DNA from: a virus
Taxonomy: Duplodnaviria > Heunggongvirae > Uroviricota > Caudoviricetes
DNA: 64,000 nt
IMG/VR virus record: IMGVR_UViG_3300045988_154391
Strand: one strand, 5' to 3'
Positions within the stretch are counted from its first letter, which is position 1. Every line of letters begins with the position of its first letter. Both the position numbers and the translations under genes were made by a program. Of this stretch, positions 63,537-64,000 are shown one piece after another. The notes under the pieces are model-generated. The model ran no database searches. It was given only the letters and a program-made list of their open reading frames with translations, and had not been told where the DNA came from.

Positions 63537-64000
63537 ATGTCAAAGAAAAACAGACCAACAATTGGGCGAACCCTTAATCCTTCAATATTAAGCGGATTTG
63601 ATAGTTCTTCAGCCTCTGGCGATCGAATCGAGCAGGTATTCAAGTTATCAACTGGTCGCCAGGCCACATTTATCGAGGAGATAATTCCTCCGAACCAGGT
63701 AGAAAGCGATACCTTTATTGATCAGCATAACAACGGGCGTGACCAGGCATCTCTTACGCCAAAATCATTAAAAAGTATCCGAAGCACTATTAAGCATCAG
63801 CAATTTTACCCTGCAATAGGTGTTAGACGGGCTACAGGGAAAATTGAAATTTTGGATGGTTCCCGGCGTCGAGCTTCTGCCATCTTAGAGAACGTAGGGT
63901 TGCGGGTTTTAGTCACGGACCAGGAGATCAGCGTTCAGGAAGCGCAAAATTTAGCGAAAGACGTTCAGACAGCATTGCAGCACAGCATTCGAGAAATAGG
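63537..64000 (+). CDS. parB: ParB partition protein, N-terminal part; continues past the window end
   Basis: ATG at 63537 after GGAGTAAG; MSKKNRPTIGRTLNPSILSGFDSSSASGDRIEQVFKLSTGRQATFIEE ... matches the P1 ParB N-terminus. Confidence 0.85.
   Translation, partial: MSKKNRPTIGRTLNPSILSGFDSSSASGDRIEQVFKLSTGRQATFIEEIIPPNQVESDTFIDQHNNGRDQASLTPKSLKSIRSTIKHQQFYPAIGVRRATGKIEILDGSRRRASAILENVGLRVLVTDQEISVQEAQNLAKDVQTALQHSIREI

Overview
This window reads as a P1-like temperate phage-plasmid (P1/P7 family), in reverse-complement orientation relative to the conventional P1 map. All P1 comparisons below are from memory and were not computed. Left to right: a partial IS200/IS605-type tnpB element; a large virion/antirestriction-like protein; an ssb operon under a C1 operator; lyz; pro-prt; darB-ulx-lxc; mat-like, ref, cra-like, cre and a canonical loxP; the immC region (C1 operators, coi, c1); an antirepressor-like operon; pacA-pacB with the pac site inside pacA; lpa; pdcB-pdcA-doc-phd; humD with a LexA box; hot; a ~6 kb accessory block with three Ead/Ea22-like paralogs; a pap/ppp cluster with nuclease, phosphatase and sugar-transferase-like genes; a plus-strand baseplate-like module; a glycosyltransferase-dbn-ban operon; a tRNA island (Ile, Thr, Asn plus two tRNA-like elements); dmt-hrdC-uhr; an overlapped spanin-like pair; and a RepA/iteron replicon joined to parA-parB through an inserted T5orf172-like gene. 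About a dozen C1-operator-like 17-mers (ATTGCTCTAATAAATTT) tie most early operons into one regulon. No CRISPR array or rRNA is present. I could not identify one clear undescribed system; the best candidates are (i) a DUF2829/Tad2-like fusion protein and its partner in the C1-controlled ssb operon, (ii) the T5orf172-like cassette at the rep/par junction, (iii) the Ead/Ea22 paralog block, and (iv) the C1-operator-linked antirepressor-like operon between pacB and c1. The expected EcoP1I-type res-mod module between mat and lxc is absent.
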